The notes: generated by a model not told the origin, from the sequence alone. 61,254 nucleotides of DNA from Octopus sinensis (GCF_006345805.1 NW_021832406.1:1-61254); one strand, 5' to 3'. Shown: positions 27,840 through 41,465, counted from the first letter of the stretch. Made by a program: numbers and translations.

Positions 27840-28045
27840 TCTTTTACTCTTTTACTTGTTTCAGTCATTTGACAGTGTCCATCCTGGAGCACCGTTTTAG
27901 TCGAGAAAATCGACCCCAGGACCTATTCTTTGTGAGCCTAGTACTTATCCTGTCGGTCTCTTTTGCCGAACCATTAAGTTACGGGGACATAAACACACCA
28001 GCATCGGTTGTCAAGCGATGTTGGGGAGACAAACACAGAGACACA

Positions 28046-28076
<31 letters not shown>

Positions 28077-28079
28077 CAC

Positions 28080-28130
<51 letters not shown>

Positions 28131-28138
28131 GATATATT

Positions 28139-28170
<32 letters not shown>

Positions 28171-28336
28171 CATATATACGACGGGCTTCTTTCAGTTTCA
28201 GTCAACCAAATCCACTCAGGAGGCTTTGGTCGGCCCGAGGCTATAGTAGAAGACACTTGTCCAAGATGCTACGCAGTGGGACTGAACCCGGAACCATGTG
28301 GTTGGTAAGCAAACTACTTACAACACAGCCACTCCT
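27840..28336 (-). mobile_element. SINE family A, full length, with internal (CA)n(TA)n
   Basis: Minus-strand head GGAGTGGCTGTGTTGTAAG..GGGTTCAGTCCC and tail GACTGAAACAAGTAAAAGAG. Confidence 0.88.
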
Positions 28337-28459
28337 AACAACATTGCAACACAATTTTTCTCGTACCTCGACTGGCCCTGCCCTATTCAACATTACTCCG
28401 AAAGAAGTAGAGAAGAAAAGTACATTATAGCTTTTGAACTACACCGAAATAAATTTTTC

Positions 28460-28570
28460 TAGTACTAGGCTTACAAAGAATAAGTCCTGGGGTTGATTTT
28501 CTCGACTAAAGGCGGTGCTCCAGCATGGCCACAGTCAAATGACTGAAACAAGTAAAAGAGTAAAAAGAGT
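28460..28570 (+). mobile_element. SINE family A 3' tail, inverted relative to the 27840 copy
   Basis: AGTACTAGGCTTACAAAGAATAAGTCCTGGGG..GACTGAAACAAGTAAAAGAG. Confidence 0.8.
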
Positions 28571-28645
28571 AAGTATTTAAAATAGGGCGTTATTTTTCAA
28601 TCACCCTTTATATATATATGTGTGTGTGTATGTGTGTGTGTGTGC

Positions 28646-28679
<34 letters not shown>

Positions 28680-28924
28680 AAAGTATTAAAATTTGTAAAT
28701 AAAAGGAAAAGAAGAGTATTTAAATTTCTAAATAAGATACACGCACAAAAAAAATACAAAGCTAAAACATCAATATTCTTTGGAAAACTTTAATTTGTTT
28801 TTGTAGTGAAATGTTTACTATTCCCTTTCTCCATCGGACGAATCAAATGTGAATGGATTTCGTTAAATGCTTAAATGGCAGTTATGTAGATTTATTAACA
28901 CAAGAATTAGTTGAATAGTAGCAG

Positions 28925-29224
28925 CTTGTTCCTTCTCGAGCCATGCCTGGTTCATAAGGGCCGGTTTCCCGGTTTCCTTGGTGTATAGGTTCCCCATCTG
29001 GACGGGACGCCAGTCCGTCGCAGGTGAGCTGGAAGAGGCAGTAGGAAAAAGTGAGAGAAAGTTGTGGCGAAAGAGCCAGCAGAAGTTCGCCATTACCTTC
29101 TGCCGGAGCGGGTTCAGCTTAAGTGTTTCGCTCATAAACGCACACATCGTCCGGTCTGAGATTCAAACCCGCGATCCCTCGATCGCGAGTCCGCTTCTCT
29201 AACCACTAGGCCATGTGCCTCCAC
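28925..29224 (-). mobile_element. SINE family B
   Basis: Minus-strand head GTGGAGGCACATGGCCTAGTGG..GACTCGCGATCG..GGTTTGAATCTC. Flanking direct repeat GAATAGTAGCAG at about 28913 and 29225. Confidence 0.85.
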
Positions 29225-29388
29225 GAATAGTAGCAGTGGGGTTGAGTAAATGGTAAAGATATTGATGAAACGTTTGTGTTGTTATTTAGATGTTAGTGAC
29301 TTTGGTGATATGGTAAAAAGTATCAGTTAAGTGTTGATTTTAAATTGTAAAAATTTGGATTAAATAGTGGTATTGTAGTTTAAATAGC

Positions 29389-29900
29389 AGAACCAGACCT
29401 CTTGTCCGGTTTCCAGAAATCCATAATTTCCTGCAATCCGGGAAAACTGCGCAATATTATATAATATACACTATGCCCTGCTTTGGGTAAAAATACCGTT
29501 TTTGAAGTTGATTAATTTGCTATCAGTGTTTTAAAAATAGCTTTAATTTATACTTTTTATGTAGATTAAACATACTCTACTTTAGAAAAGCATATTAATT
29601 TGTATCTTTATCTGTTAAATAAAAATCATTTTCTTTACTTTTCTTTAATTTACATCCTATAAATTTTATGCTGTGTGTGTATGTGTGTGTGGTTGGTACA
29701 GTATGATATATGTTACGAATTAATAAATCTCAAACAGATTCTGTCTTAGCAGTGTATTAATTTGAATCCGTTAAATACCACTTAGTTCTTTACTTTCCAA
29801 AGTCTATTTTATATTTTAAGTATATATTCAGACCGGAAAATGCAGAAATTCTGGATACTTCAGGTTCTAAGCCTGTCGGATAATTGGTCCCGTACCGTAT
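29389..29900. mobile_element. possible pogo/Tigger-like MITE
   Basis: Degenerate TIRs CAGAACCAGACCTCTTGTCCG ... CGGATAATTGGTCCCGTACCG around an AT-rich interior. Confidence 0.4.
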
Positions 29901-30547
29901 TTAAGAAAGTAATATTGTGTTCACTCGTATACAATGCGAGAAATTTTACAGCCAAGGTCAGCACTGGGAGTGTAAAAATAATAGGAATTTAGGCACAAAA
30001 GTCTGTGTGTGTGCATGTATGTAAGTGTATACGTATTTGCGTGTGTTGGGGAATAACTGCGCTTTACATTCCTGATCGCATTTTACTCGAATAAATACGA
30101 TATTCGTTCGCACCATTTTCATTGGTTCTCGCACTATATTTGATTTATTATCACGCTGCTATTTGATTGGTTCTGTCACGCTGTATTTTCATCAGTTATA
30201 TTCCATTGGTTTTCCATTACACTTCGATACAACCAAAGACATTTTCATATGTGTTTGCCTTTCTTATTTCAATATTCTTTTATTTTATTTCATTATTTCT
30301 TATTCCTCTTTCTTTTCCTGCCATTTTGTTCTTGTTGTTGTCGTCGTTGTTATTATTATTTGTTTTGTTTTTTTTCAAATTGATATGTTTGATTATTTGC
30401 TTTGGCATTTTTGTCATTCTATCTTCTCTCCTTCAAAACAACTCTATCTTTCCAGTTTTGTTTCTTCTTTCTCTCCATTACTTCATCTCTTTCGCTCTAA
30501 TTTTTCCTCTTTCTATATCCCGCTCTCTCTCACCCCTTCTCTCTCTA

Positions 30548-30588
<41 letters not shown>

Positions 30589-30783
30589 ATCTCTCTCTGC
30601 CTTTCGCTCACGCATTCACTCAGCTGTTCATTATTTCACTCTCCCTAACAAACTCCATCTATTTTCTCTTCTCTCTCTTTCTTTCTCTCTTTCACACACA
30701 CACACACACACTCACACACACATCTTCATTTCTTCATATATTCCACCCAACCTTTCTTTTCTCAATTATTCATACTCTCTCTC

Positions 30784-30823
<40 letters not shown>

Positions 30824-31642
30824 AACCATTTCCTTTCCTTGTTTCGTTTTAGTATTTTCTTCCCCTTCAAAATCTTGCTTTCCTTTTCCACTTTGTTTAA
30901 AAGTCATTCAATATTTCTTTAGATTCTGTCGATATCATATCTCACCTTACCTTCACAATCTCTCGACATTTGCCAAACCTTCTCTTTGTTTTTCACATTC
31001 CGCTTCGCACTTTTATATAAGTTTCACATGTTCATTCTCTTCTTTCGATTCCCTCTACTTTCTAATATATCTGTTTCTCGAATTAATAATTTTTATCTCT
31101 CCAATACTCAAGACTTCATTACTTTTTACATATATTTTGCATTCATTCATACTATTTTCTCCTTTTAATTTCCCCATATTCTAGTCATTCTCTTCTCCCT
31201 TTTTCTCTTTTATTTTTCTTATCATTTTATCTTCTCAAATTTGACTTCCCTTTTTCACACACATACACACAGTCGGGTAGATAAACACACACATACACAG
31301 ACAGCTATACACATGTATATTACACACATATAAACACATGCGCAAACACATTTTTATTCACGCTTTTCTAATTTTTCTCACTGTCATTTTTTCCATTCCT
31401 TTTCCAGTTTCACTTTCACTCTCTGTCACTTTTTGCTATCATCGAAAATAACTCCATGTCATCACTGAAATACCTACACTTCACTCCAAGCTCACATCAA
31501 CAATAAGGATGACAAGAAAAATCAATGTAATAAGAATCAGTTTGTTGCTGTTTGGTTTCAGGTCAGCCCTGGTCAAAAAAATCTATGATAAAGACATTTC
31601 AGCTATAACCACGCTGTCATTTTAGCATTATCTACGACTTGG

Positions 31643-31725
<83 letters not shown>

Positions 31726-31726
31726 C

Positions 31727-31759
<33 letters not shown>

Positions 31760-31796
31760 CATCTATCTATCTATCTATCTATTATAATTATTATAG

Positions 31797-31917
<121 letters not shown>

Positions 31918-32409
31918 GTATATATGTATTTATGTATAAAAATGAAGAACATTAATACTCATGTGAGATATTAATGTTTGTGGCCGCTAGCTAAAGTCGT
32001 ATAGAGAAAGTAATTAGATTTATATAAAAATTATATATAACAACGGTGCTTTGTTTCTTGTTAAAAAACATCAGCTTTGCTGAACATAGGAGCTAAAATC
32101 TTCCGAAGCCACAAAACGTTAACACTATATTTACACAGGCACCCTTGTTGGTCCGTACATTGGAAACATTGTTGTTCTTGTAGTTGTTTTAAGCCATATT
32201 GGCTCTTAAGAGGCACATGAATGGCTAAAAATGAAGCAAACAATTACAAACCCAGCTCTGTCACTTAGACAAAGTGTATCTAAAGTTATATTATCCAATA
32301 TCCAATGTGTCTGTTTCCAAAGACAGTTGAGTGTGGTTTCAGAGAAATATTTGTTTACTATTTCTAACATGCTGAGCGACTACGAAGGAATTTAATATTG
32401 GTTAAAAGG

Positions 32410-32590
32410 CTAAGCGGCACTTCGTCCGTCTGTCTTTACGTTCTGGGTTCACATTCCGCCGAGGTTGACTTTAACTTTCATCCTTTCGAGGTTGCAGAAA
32501 TAAGTATCAGTTGTGCACTGCAGTCGACGAAATTGAAGAGCCCCGCCTCACTAAAAAATCAGGCTTTGTGCCTATAGTAGAAAAGATATA
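32410..32590 (+). mobile_element. SINE family M
   Basis: GGGTTCACATTCCGCCGAGGTTGACTTT..TTTCATCCTTTCGAGG. Confidence 0.75.
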
Positions 32591-32593
32591 TAA

Positions 32594-32628
<35 letters not shown>

Positions 32629-32789
32629 CATGTATACGGGGTAACATAGCTAAGCAGGGATATGAATAAATACAAATTTGTTACCAGGTCAAATATACTT
32701 GGGGCATATTCAAACATGTAAGGAAGACATTCATTGTATTTTGTTATAGAGAAAATTTCGCTGTAGACTGAATGGTATAAACACATCCA

Positions 32790-33640
32790 GTCAGTTCGCA
32801 GCGCTCCTTAGCCGGACTGTTGGATGCATGCATTTCGGAGTAGTTATCTCGTCTTCAGTAAGAGAACCCGGAAAGGTAGGCGTAAAGGAATTGTGCCTCA
32901 AATGTTGCTCGAAAGTTTTTACAACTTTCAGGTAAATACTTTCTTAAATTTAACCCATATGATAAAATCTTCACCATACACGCGGTTAAACATGGCTTAC
33001 TCAACCATGACTAATTTTGCTGAATGTATAGCAAGATTTTACCATAGTAAATGAAACTGTGCAATTTATTATACTACAACTACTGACTGTCCATCTAATA
33101 CGACCACTCCTAGCCATCTAAATAATCGAAACATTATATTTGCTGCAAATAATCTACAATTTGATGTACCTGATCCAATAATAGTACTATTAATGATAGT
33201 CGAGCTGAACTCATCATACCTACCAATAGTCAGGCAAACCTTGCTCTATGTAACTTCGTAATAAATCATTGTGTCTTATTAATAGCCAGCGCCTTAAGAA
33301 AAGTATAGTGGACCAGGGCTCTCTCACTGCTAAAGAACATGTTGATATTGGTGCGTCCTCTTCCTCATTCAAACTTCGTTGGGATAATCACACATCTACA
33401 TTCAGACATAAAGATAAGGCTAGTAGTATTTTTCTAACTAAATTTGTATAGTTCCTCGCTGATAATAGCATTGAATATAAAATTGATACATCTAATGTAT
33501 GTAATGCACAACTATATAAGAGTCATTGTGGTTGGTGTGGATTGATTTGATTAATAAACCAAATCGAATATTTTTAATCAACGTAATAAATAATTAAACA
33601 TGATGAATTAATTATAAGATGCCATCACGTTAAACGTAAA
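32790..33640 (+). mobile_element. highly decayed Penelope-like element, linker + GIY-YIG
   Basis: KIFTIHAVK..AYSTMTNFAECIARF and LKKSIVDQG..DIGASSSSFKLRWDNHTSTFRH, a PLE endonuclease-like motif. Confidence 0.7.
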
Positions 33641-33867
33641 TTGTTCCCATATACTAACTATACTTAATTGTTATACTTATATAGTAATAAACAAAATAAC
33701 CTAGAATATTGAAATTGTATGATTCCCAAACATATGGTTAAGCATAATTTGAAATCATCTCAGTAACAAGATAATGGCTTATACCATATTCAGGCATTCT
33801 GCTATTTGTAAAAATATTTATTACCCATTGATACATAACATTTGAGTTTATCATACCCGTATTTTAT

Positions 33868-34192
33868 CAGTGGTTAGAGCGTCGAGCTTACGATCGTGAG
33901 GTTGTCAGCTCGAATCCCGGACCGGGCTGCGTGTTGTGTTCTTGAGCAAGGCACTTTATTTCACGTTGCTCCAGTTCACTCAGCTGTAGAAATGAGTTGC
34001 AACGTCACTGGTGCCAAGCTGCATCGACCTTTGTCTTTCCCTTGGATAACACTGGTGGCGTGGAGAGGGGAGGCTGGTATGCATGGGCGACTGCTGGTCT
34101 TCCATAAACAACCTTGCCCGGACTTGTGTCTAGGAGGGTAACTTTCTAGGTGCAATCCCATGGTCATTCATGACTGAAGGGGGTCTTTACCC
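33868..34192 (+). mobile_element. tRNA-derived SINE (family B variant)
   Basis: CAGTGGTTAGAGCG..AGCTCGAATCCC..CTTGAGCAAGGCACTTTATTTCACGTTGCTCCAGTTCACTCAGCTG. Confidence 0.8.
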
Positions 34193-34282
34193 TTATTTTA
34201 TGCCTCAACTATTTGCTGCGTATTACTGAAGTTGTTAACTCTTGAAACTTGTTTATACTCTTGATTGCCTCTATCTTATATC

Positions 34283-34348
<66 letters not shown>

Positions 34349-34395
34349 TATTGTTGTTGTAATATTTGTTGCTGTTGTTGTTGTTGTTGTTGTTG

Positions 34396-34430
<35 letters not shown>

Positions 34431-34930
34431 GAGTGAGAGAGCAGTGCATGCCATCAAAGTGACACTGAGGTAAAATATACGAAGCCCAGCATACCCGTCT
34501 GATAAGGGTACACTAGGCACATGCAACACACCATATGTGCGTGACATATGACCTTGCAGGTGGGGCCCAGTTAGAATTTTCTTCTGGTCGAGTAACCCAT
34601 CCTGCTCAAAAGGTCCCTGAGTAAGGGTTGTTTAAGGATGTCGAACGAACCACCCATGTTTCCAAAGGTGAATTATTCAAACCCCAAATAATCCCTCTCA
34701 ACACATCGCTATGATGCTCCCTCACTACTTCTGCTCGTGATCAGAAATGCACATATCGTCAGCCACTAAGGGACATGCTCAACTAGCTTAGGTCAAACAA
34801 CTGACAAGCAAATCTGTGGTATGAGCAGAATATTTGATATAGCCCATCTTTTATACCAAGACAAAACAATGTACATGATAACACTTCCAATCAGTTAAGA
34901 TCAGAAGCCATGAGAGCCACTGCCTGGTAC
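34431..34930 (-). mobile_element. non-coding 3' region of a (TAA)n-embedded retroelement (Dong/R4-like), copy 1
   Basis: Both ends abut (TTA)n. Its end matches 36140-36270 in the opposite orientation. Confidence 0.6.
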
Positions 34931-34997
<67 letters not shown>

Positions 34998-35022
34998 CAT
35001 TATTATTATTATTATTATTATA

Positions 35023-35093
<71 letters not shown>

Positions 35094-35122
35094 TATTGTT
35101 GTTGTAATATTTGTTGCTGTTG

Positions 35123-35186
<64 letters not shown>

Positions 35187-35687
35187 GAGTGAGAGAGCAG
35201 TGCATGCCATCAAAGTGACACTGAGGTAAAATATACGAAGCCCAGCATACCCGTCTGATAAGGGTACACTAGGCACATGCAACATACCATATGTGCGTGA
35301 CATATGACCTTGCAGGTGGGGCCCAGTTAGAATTTTCTTCTGGTCGAGTAACCCATCCTGCTCAAAAGGTCCCTGAGTAAGGGTTGTTTAAGTTTGTCGA
35401 ACGAACCACCCATGTTTCCAAAGGTGAATTATTCAAACCCCAAATAATCCCTCTCAACACATCGCTATGATGCTCCCTCACTACTTCTGCTCGTGATCAG
35501 AAATGCACATATCGTCAGCCACTAAGGGACATGCTCAACTAGCTTAGGTCAAACAACTGACAAGCAAATCTGTGGTATTGAGCAGAATATTTGATATAGC
35601 CCATCTTTTATACCAAGACAAAACAATGTACATGATAACACTTCCAATCAGTTAAGATCAGAAGCCATGAGAGCCACTGCCTGGTAC
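35187..35687 (-). mobile_element. same element, copy 2 (tandem duplication, period ~756 bp)
   Basis: Near-identical to 34431-34930, including the upstream microsatellite interruption TTGTAATATTTGTTGCTGTTG. Confidence 0.85.
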
Positions 35688-35732
<45 letters not shown>

Positions 35733-35758
35733 TATTATTATTATTATTATTATTATTA

Positions 35759-35803
<45 letters not shown>

Positions 35804-35827
35804 TATTATTATTATTATTATTATTAT

Positions 35828-35892
<65 letters not shown>

Positions 35893-36001
35893 TTGCCTTT
35901 GCACAGCTTTTAACGCTGGAGATGTACTACAGTGTCAGCTGTTCACTACCAGTGAATTAAGGTACTACCTCTTATTTTTCGAGCACATTCCGGAGTATTC
36001 G
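35893..36001 (-). mobile_element. 3' end of an R4/Dong-type LINE
   Basis: Minus strand reads RILRNVLEK-stop, then a short UTR running into (CTA)n/(TAA)n. Confidence 0.65.
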
Positions 36002-36270
36002 AGGGAGAATAGAAAGTGTCAGCTAATTGACTTTACAATCCCAAATGATGAAAAAATCAACATAAGAGCTATAGAAAAGATAGCAAATACCAGGACCTTG
36101 ACCATGACCTAGCACTGTTTATCTTGATATGAGATCACCATGTCGTGCACATTTGATTGTGATGCATGAGCCTGATGTACCCTTATCAGACGGGTAGTCA
36201 TGATGGGTATACAGGGTTTCGTATATTTTACCCCAGTGTCACTTTGATGGCACGCACTGCTCTCTCACAA
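36002..36270 (+). mobile_element. restriction-like endonuclease fragment fused to a retroelement 3' end
   Basis: RKCQLIDFTIPNDEKINIRAIEKIA(KY)QDL, then CCCCAGTGTCACTTTGATGGCACGCACTGCTCTCTCAC and (AAT)n. Confidence 0.7.
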
Positions 36271-36318
<48 letters not shown>

Positions 36319-36330
36319 TATTATTATTAT

Positions 36331-36365
<35 letters not shown>

Positions 36366-36406
36366 TGATGATGATGATGATGATAATAATAATAATAATA
36401 ATAATA

Positions 36407-36455
<49 letters not shown>

Positions 36456-36469
36456 TTATTTATTTATTG

Positions 36470-36650
36470 TCCAAGACAAACAAGGACAGACAACGGGATA
36501 GTTGATTGCATCGACCCCAGTGATTAACTGGTACTTATTTAACCGACCCCGAAAGGATGAAAGGTAAAGTCGGTGGAATTTGAACTCAGAACGTATTTCG
36601 TCTGCCGTTACGTTATGAGTTCAAATTCCGCTGAGGTCGACTTTACCTTT
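36470..36650. mobile_element. head-to-head family M SINE fragments
   Basis: Minus copy ending GGAATTTGAACTCAGAACG is directly followed by a plus copy GAGTTCAAATTCCGCTGAGGTCGACTTT. Confidence 0.75.
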
Positions 36651-36988
36651 GGAGTGTATGTATGTAAATGTGCGTATGTGTATGATTATGTATATGTTTA
36701 TGTGTGTGTATACATATATTCTGGTGTGCGGGTTTATAAGCTAATATATGTTGACATATCTGTATAAGTGTAGGCATATAAATTTAAATAGGCATGTGTG
36801 TTTGCGTTTTATTATTCTCTGTATCTATTTGTTCAATTATTTGTCAAATCTGTATTTATTTAAGTGGATATATACATTTGTATGTGTGTGTTTATGTATA
36901 AGTATCTATCTATCTATCTATCTAGCTATCTATCTATCTACTATCTATCTATCTATCTATCTATCTCTCTCTCTCTCTCTCTCTCTTC

Positions 36989-37020
<32 letters not shown>

Positions 37021-37135
37021 TATCTATATATATATATATTTATATATATATATATATAGAGGGAGAGAGAGAGATAGAGAGATAGATAGTATACATACAC
37101 ACATACATACACACATACATATCTATCTATCTATC

Positions 37136-37169
<34 letters not shown>

Positions 37170-37180
37170 TAGATAGATAG

Positions 37181-37211
<31 letters not shown>

Positions 37212-37249
37212 TGTATGTATGTATGTATGTATGTGTGTATGTATGTATA

Positions 37250-37708
37250 CTAGCTGACGTACCCGGTAAATTCCCGGGAAAGCGGGGCTTGTCTCTTGGT
37301 TTCGTTCTCATATTGTTTCGCTAATCTAATAACAACAATATAAAGTACAAAGCCCTTAAAACGGTTTTTGTGCATTTACAGAGAATACCGAACAGTCTTA
37401 CACAGGATCTTGTTAGGAATTTCCAATAAGTTATGAATATCCAAATTGTGAAGCTAGTTATATAATAACATAATATTAATTACCCTATAGTAAGAATTCA
37501 AATAAAGTAGCCCCGAAAGGGCTTTAATGTGTTCCCAGAGTATTTAGAACATAGGAGGAAATACTAATAAGGTATGCATACTAATATCGTGAAGCATGTT
37601 ACGTAATAACAGGTTAATTAGATATGAGATAATACCAATTCAAAGTAGATAACTCTGAAAAGGGCTTTTGCGCCTTCCCCCAGGATATTACTCTCAGGGG
37701 CGCTAGTG
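37250..37708. mobile_element. possible non-autonomous Helitron-like element
   Basis: ACTAG..CCCGGTAAATTCCCGGG is a hairpin + CTAGT on the minus strand. The other end, CGCC..GGCGCTAGT, shows the same pattern on the plus strand. Confidence 0.4.
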
Positions 37709-37861
37709 TAGATATATACATGTGTGTGTAAGTGTATGTGTGTGTATGAGTTCGTTTATTTGTGTATACATGTATATATGTATAAATGTGTTTCGGTGTG
37801 TGTACAAGTAAATGTGCATTTATGAGTGTGTATCTGCATAGGGTATACTCTATGTGTGTGT

Positions 37862-37894
<33 letters not shown>

Positions 37895-37989
37895 CGTACG
37901 TTTGAGTATGTGCGTATATACTTTTTGAGTATGTGCGTATATACTTCGAATAACACAGATGCAAATGGACTTCCTTCAACCTGGAAACA

Positions 37990-39250
37990 CTGGCATTAAC
38001 GAATAACCATCAACCTATGTTAACATCAGAGGAAACTCTCAGCAAACTTCAAACCGGTAATGTTCTTACAATAAACCAAATCCACTTCACCATATGCATC
38101 GAAAAATTCAACGAATTTCTTTTCTCGGTGCTTGTATGCTGTTGTTTTGGTTCCTTGTGCCAAATTCTCTGAACATTGTTCTAGCCAGATAAGTATCATT
38201 CTTGGAAAGTCCCAGCTTGCGAACAAAATGACCCAGTTGTTCTTAACTTATTTCAGAGCTTGAAGGAAGAATTTCAAAATCCTTGTCATCTATTTGAACT
38301 TCACATCCACTTTCGTAATCGGATCCATCATCTGTTACTCAATGGTCGATTGCTTGGCACAGCAGGAAGTTACTTTACATATGGCTGAGGTCTTATGGCA
38401 GATGGCAAATTAGGATACTTGATAAATTTTGCAGTTTTCTCATTGGATCTCTCAACATTAGTAATGCAAAAGTAACAATCAGTAGAATGGTAGTTTTGTT
38501 CTCGCCGTGCAGTTGGAGTGGCAAATGACATTTGCTTCAGCTTGCCACCGGACCACAGAAAAAAAGCTGATCATGAAACCTTGGCACACAATACGTGGAA
38601 CAAAACAATTATCTTGGTCTCCAAGTTTCATTTTGAAGTAATCTTTGCCTTTATCATGCTTGTATGAGTGGCGTGATGCTTTTTGCTAGTCCTTGAATTC
38701 AAATTCTCTACAGATGTAGCAAAAGTGATCTGTGTCAGTGCGATATACACGTCTTGAAGTCATGCAAACTGAAGCAAATTTAAGGGGAGAAATATTAAAA
38801 AATATAGTAGACCACAGTGAACAGAGCAATAACCAATTTCATACAAGTCACAATAACATCTGAAACACGCATTTTAATCAGTGTTGTAAAAATAAACATG
38901 ATCCAATATCTGTTATATATACTCTTACAGCTATCTCATTGAGAGTGTTTATAAAAATAGACACGATCTAATATGTGTTATATCTACTTTTACAGTTCTC
39001 TCATTAAAGGTTGTCACAAAAGAACAGTCAAAAGCATTTTTGAAAGATAAATAGAAACACCTGACGTACTTCATACAATATTACATTTCTGTAAACTTTG
39101 GTATATAGGAGTATCTTGTAGACCAAAATCTAGATGTGATGGCGCAACACTGATATCATATTCAGAAAGATTACACTAAAATTATCTAAGAATCATTTTA
39201 ATTATCTCTTGCTAAAGAAACTTTTTTGTTCCGTTTTTGTCATGCAGTGT
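37990..39250 (-). mobile_element. Chapaev3-like (CMC) DNA transposon, 5' part, decayed
   Basis: Minus strand starts CACTGCATGACAAAAA. Protein MTSRR..DHFCYIC..KLGDQD..SFATPTARREQNYHSTDCYFC..LVYCKNITGL. Confidence 0.75.
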
Positions 39251-39561
39251 ACTTTCACTAATGCTGTGATTGATTATTTATGATGCTGTTCCAACTACTA
39301 CTTCTACTATCATCGCTGTACAGAACCTTCCGCAACTACTTTGAAATCTCCACCACACTTTCCTTCACCAACACCACCACTACTACTCTCAGCTACCATT
39401 AGTAATAAAGCACGGACACCGAGGTAATGGCTATACCATTTCCAGCGTCTTCATTGCACTCCACCTTATTATACTTGACTGGTTGGTGCATTTTCAGTCA
39501 ATGGTAAGTGAGAAGGACATTAGTGTGCATGCCATCATCAGCTAGTCAGTTGATCGCGTCG

Positions 39562-39610
<49 letters not shown>

Positions 39611-40117
39611 GTGCATAACTGTCTACTGTAGACTATACAAACCTCTGTTCGTTTCTCGGTGTATCAGTCCGCTACTAATAAAGATATATTCGACTATTCG
39701 AACTCCTCCCAAGGGAAATCAACTACTTTTATTGGTATTAAAGTCGCCATAATAACAATAACAATAATAATTATTATTGTTGTTGTCATAAACCGTCGTC
39801 GTCATTATTACTTTCATCATCATAAATACATCGTCGTCGTCATCATCATCATCATCATCATTTCAGCAGCAGCGGCGGTAGCAGTAGCAGCATTGACCTC
39901 ATCCTTATCATCGAGCGTACTGATGCAACTGAACTACGTCAGTGAAATTTCTCACCTCTTTTTATGGCCTGCTTCTGTTCTCTGTCTCCCCAATGTTTTC
40001 GATCTGACACCGTCCGTTTTCAAAAATTGATGAACATTACCATCGCCGCCACAACCTTTGTTTCCTAGCTTCTTTCATTCGTATACTCTTTCCCTACTAC
40101 CACTCCATCATACATAC

Positions 40118-40413
40118 ATATGCTGAACTATTGAGGAAGTCTGCAGTTAATCTATCCAGATTACAAGTTTAGGTTTATACCTGTAATTATTGGAGCCCTG
40201 GGATATGTAACACACTGCCTAAATACCAATCTTGAGAAATTAGGCTTCTCAAAACCAGAAAGGAGAAAGCTAATTTGAAGACTACGGATCCAATCTATCA
40301 CTGGAACTGTAAAAATCTGTAAAACTTTCCAGAAGTTTATCATTTAAATATATATGAGCATGTCTAGATATGCAGCTGTATGCATGAGAATACATACATA
40401 AAACATACAAATC

Positions 40414-40473
<60 letters not shown>

Positions 40474-40572
40474 CATACATATAAACAAACAAAAATACCC
40501 TATTGTCGATTTTGAAATACCAATGAAAGTTCTTTCTCTATTGGCAAGAAATATTGAAATAAACTGAATAAT
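40118..40572 (+). mobile_element. 3' end of an RLE-type (R4-like) LINE in a (CATA)n context
   Basis: YAELLR..LIYPDYKFRFIPVIIGALG..QSITGTVKICKTF-stop, followed by a UTR. Confidence 0.75.
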
Positions 40573-41012
40573 GACATACACATATACATACGTACATACA
40601 TACATTCATAAAATTAAATTTTCTTATAAAGTGTGTTTTTAAGTATACCTCACAATATATGGATCGTATTAAGAAGTTTTCATTGCGAGCTAAATCGAAG
40701 GATAAGAGAAATTATCGAAGGATCACATTTAGGCAATCAATAGAAATTCTAAAGCACAATTTAAAGCACACAACGAAATAAATATACATATAAATCTATA
40801 TAAACAAGTGAATAAAATTACAGGTAAAAGTTGTATGTAAAAACTATGCATCATGTACATTGGGTTCAGGTACCGAATGGAGAAGTGACAAATAAAGAGA
40901 CGAAAATCCAAGGTAAGAGCCTCCGAAAGGAACTGTTACAATCGATTAAGAATTTGATGTTCATATGAATTGTCGAATGAGAGTTCAAAACTTCATAAAT
41001 ATACAAATTCGG

Positions 41013-41063
<51 letters not shown>

Positions 41064-41089
41064 TACATACATACATACGTATATGTATG

Positions 41090-41465
41090 CGTCTTTTACT
41101 TTTTCAGTCTTTAGACTACGTCTATGCTGGGCCGGGGGGGGGGCACTTAAGGAGTTTCAGTCGAACGAATCAACCCCAGTATTTGTTTTTAAGCTCGGTA
41201 CTTATTCTATCGGTCTCTTTTGTCCAACCTCTAAATATGGGCCATAATCAAATGAGCACCTGTTGTTAAGCGGCAGTGGGGGACAAATACAGACACAAAG
41301 ACATACGCACAATTGGTACTTGGTAAAGTCGACCTAGGCGGAATTTGAACTCGGACTGGGCTGAGAAAGCAAAGAAACGTAAAGGGTGAAAGCACAAAGA
41401 AACAGACGAAATGCCGCTAAACATTTTGTCCCGTGTGCTAACGATTTCGCCAGTTCGTCGCCTTA
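41090..41465 (-). mobile_element. adjacent SINE fragments: family A tail (41090-41310) and family M head (41310-41465)
   Basis: GGTACTTATTCTATCGGTCTCTTTTG..GGGGGACAAA, and AAAGTCGACCTAGGCGGAATTTGAACTC..CTAACGATTTCGCCAGTTCGTCGCCTTA. Confidence 0.7.

Noticed and set aside
33713-34258. Degenerate hammerhead-like traces downstream of the 32790 PLE (GTATGATTCCC..GAAAT and CTGAAGT..GAAACTTGTT)
   Set aside because: Core and helix II are too mutated to call.
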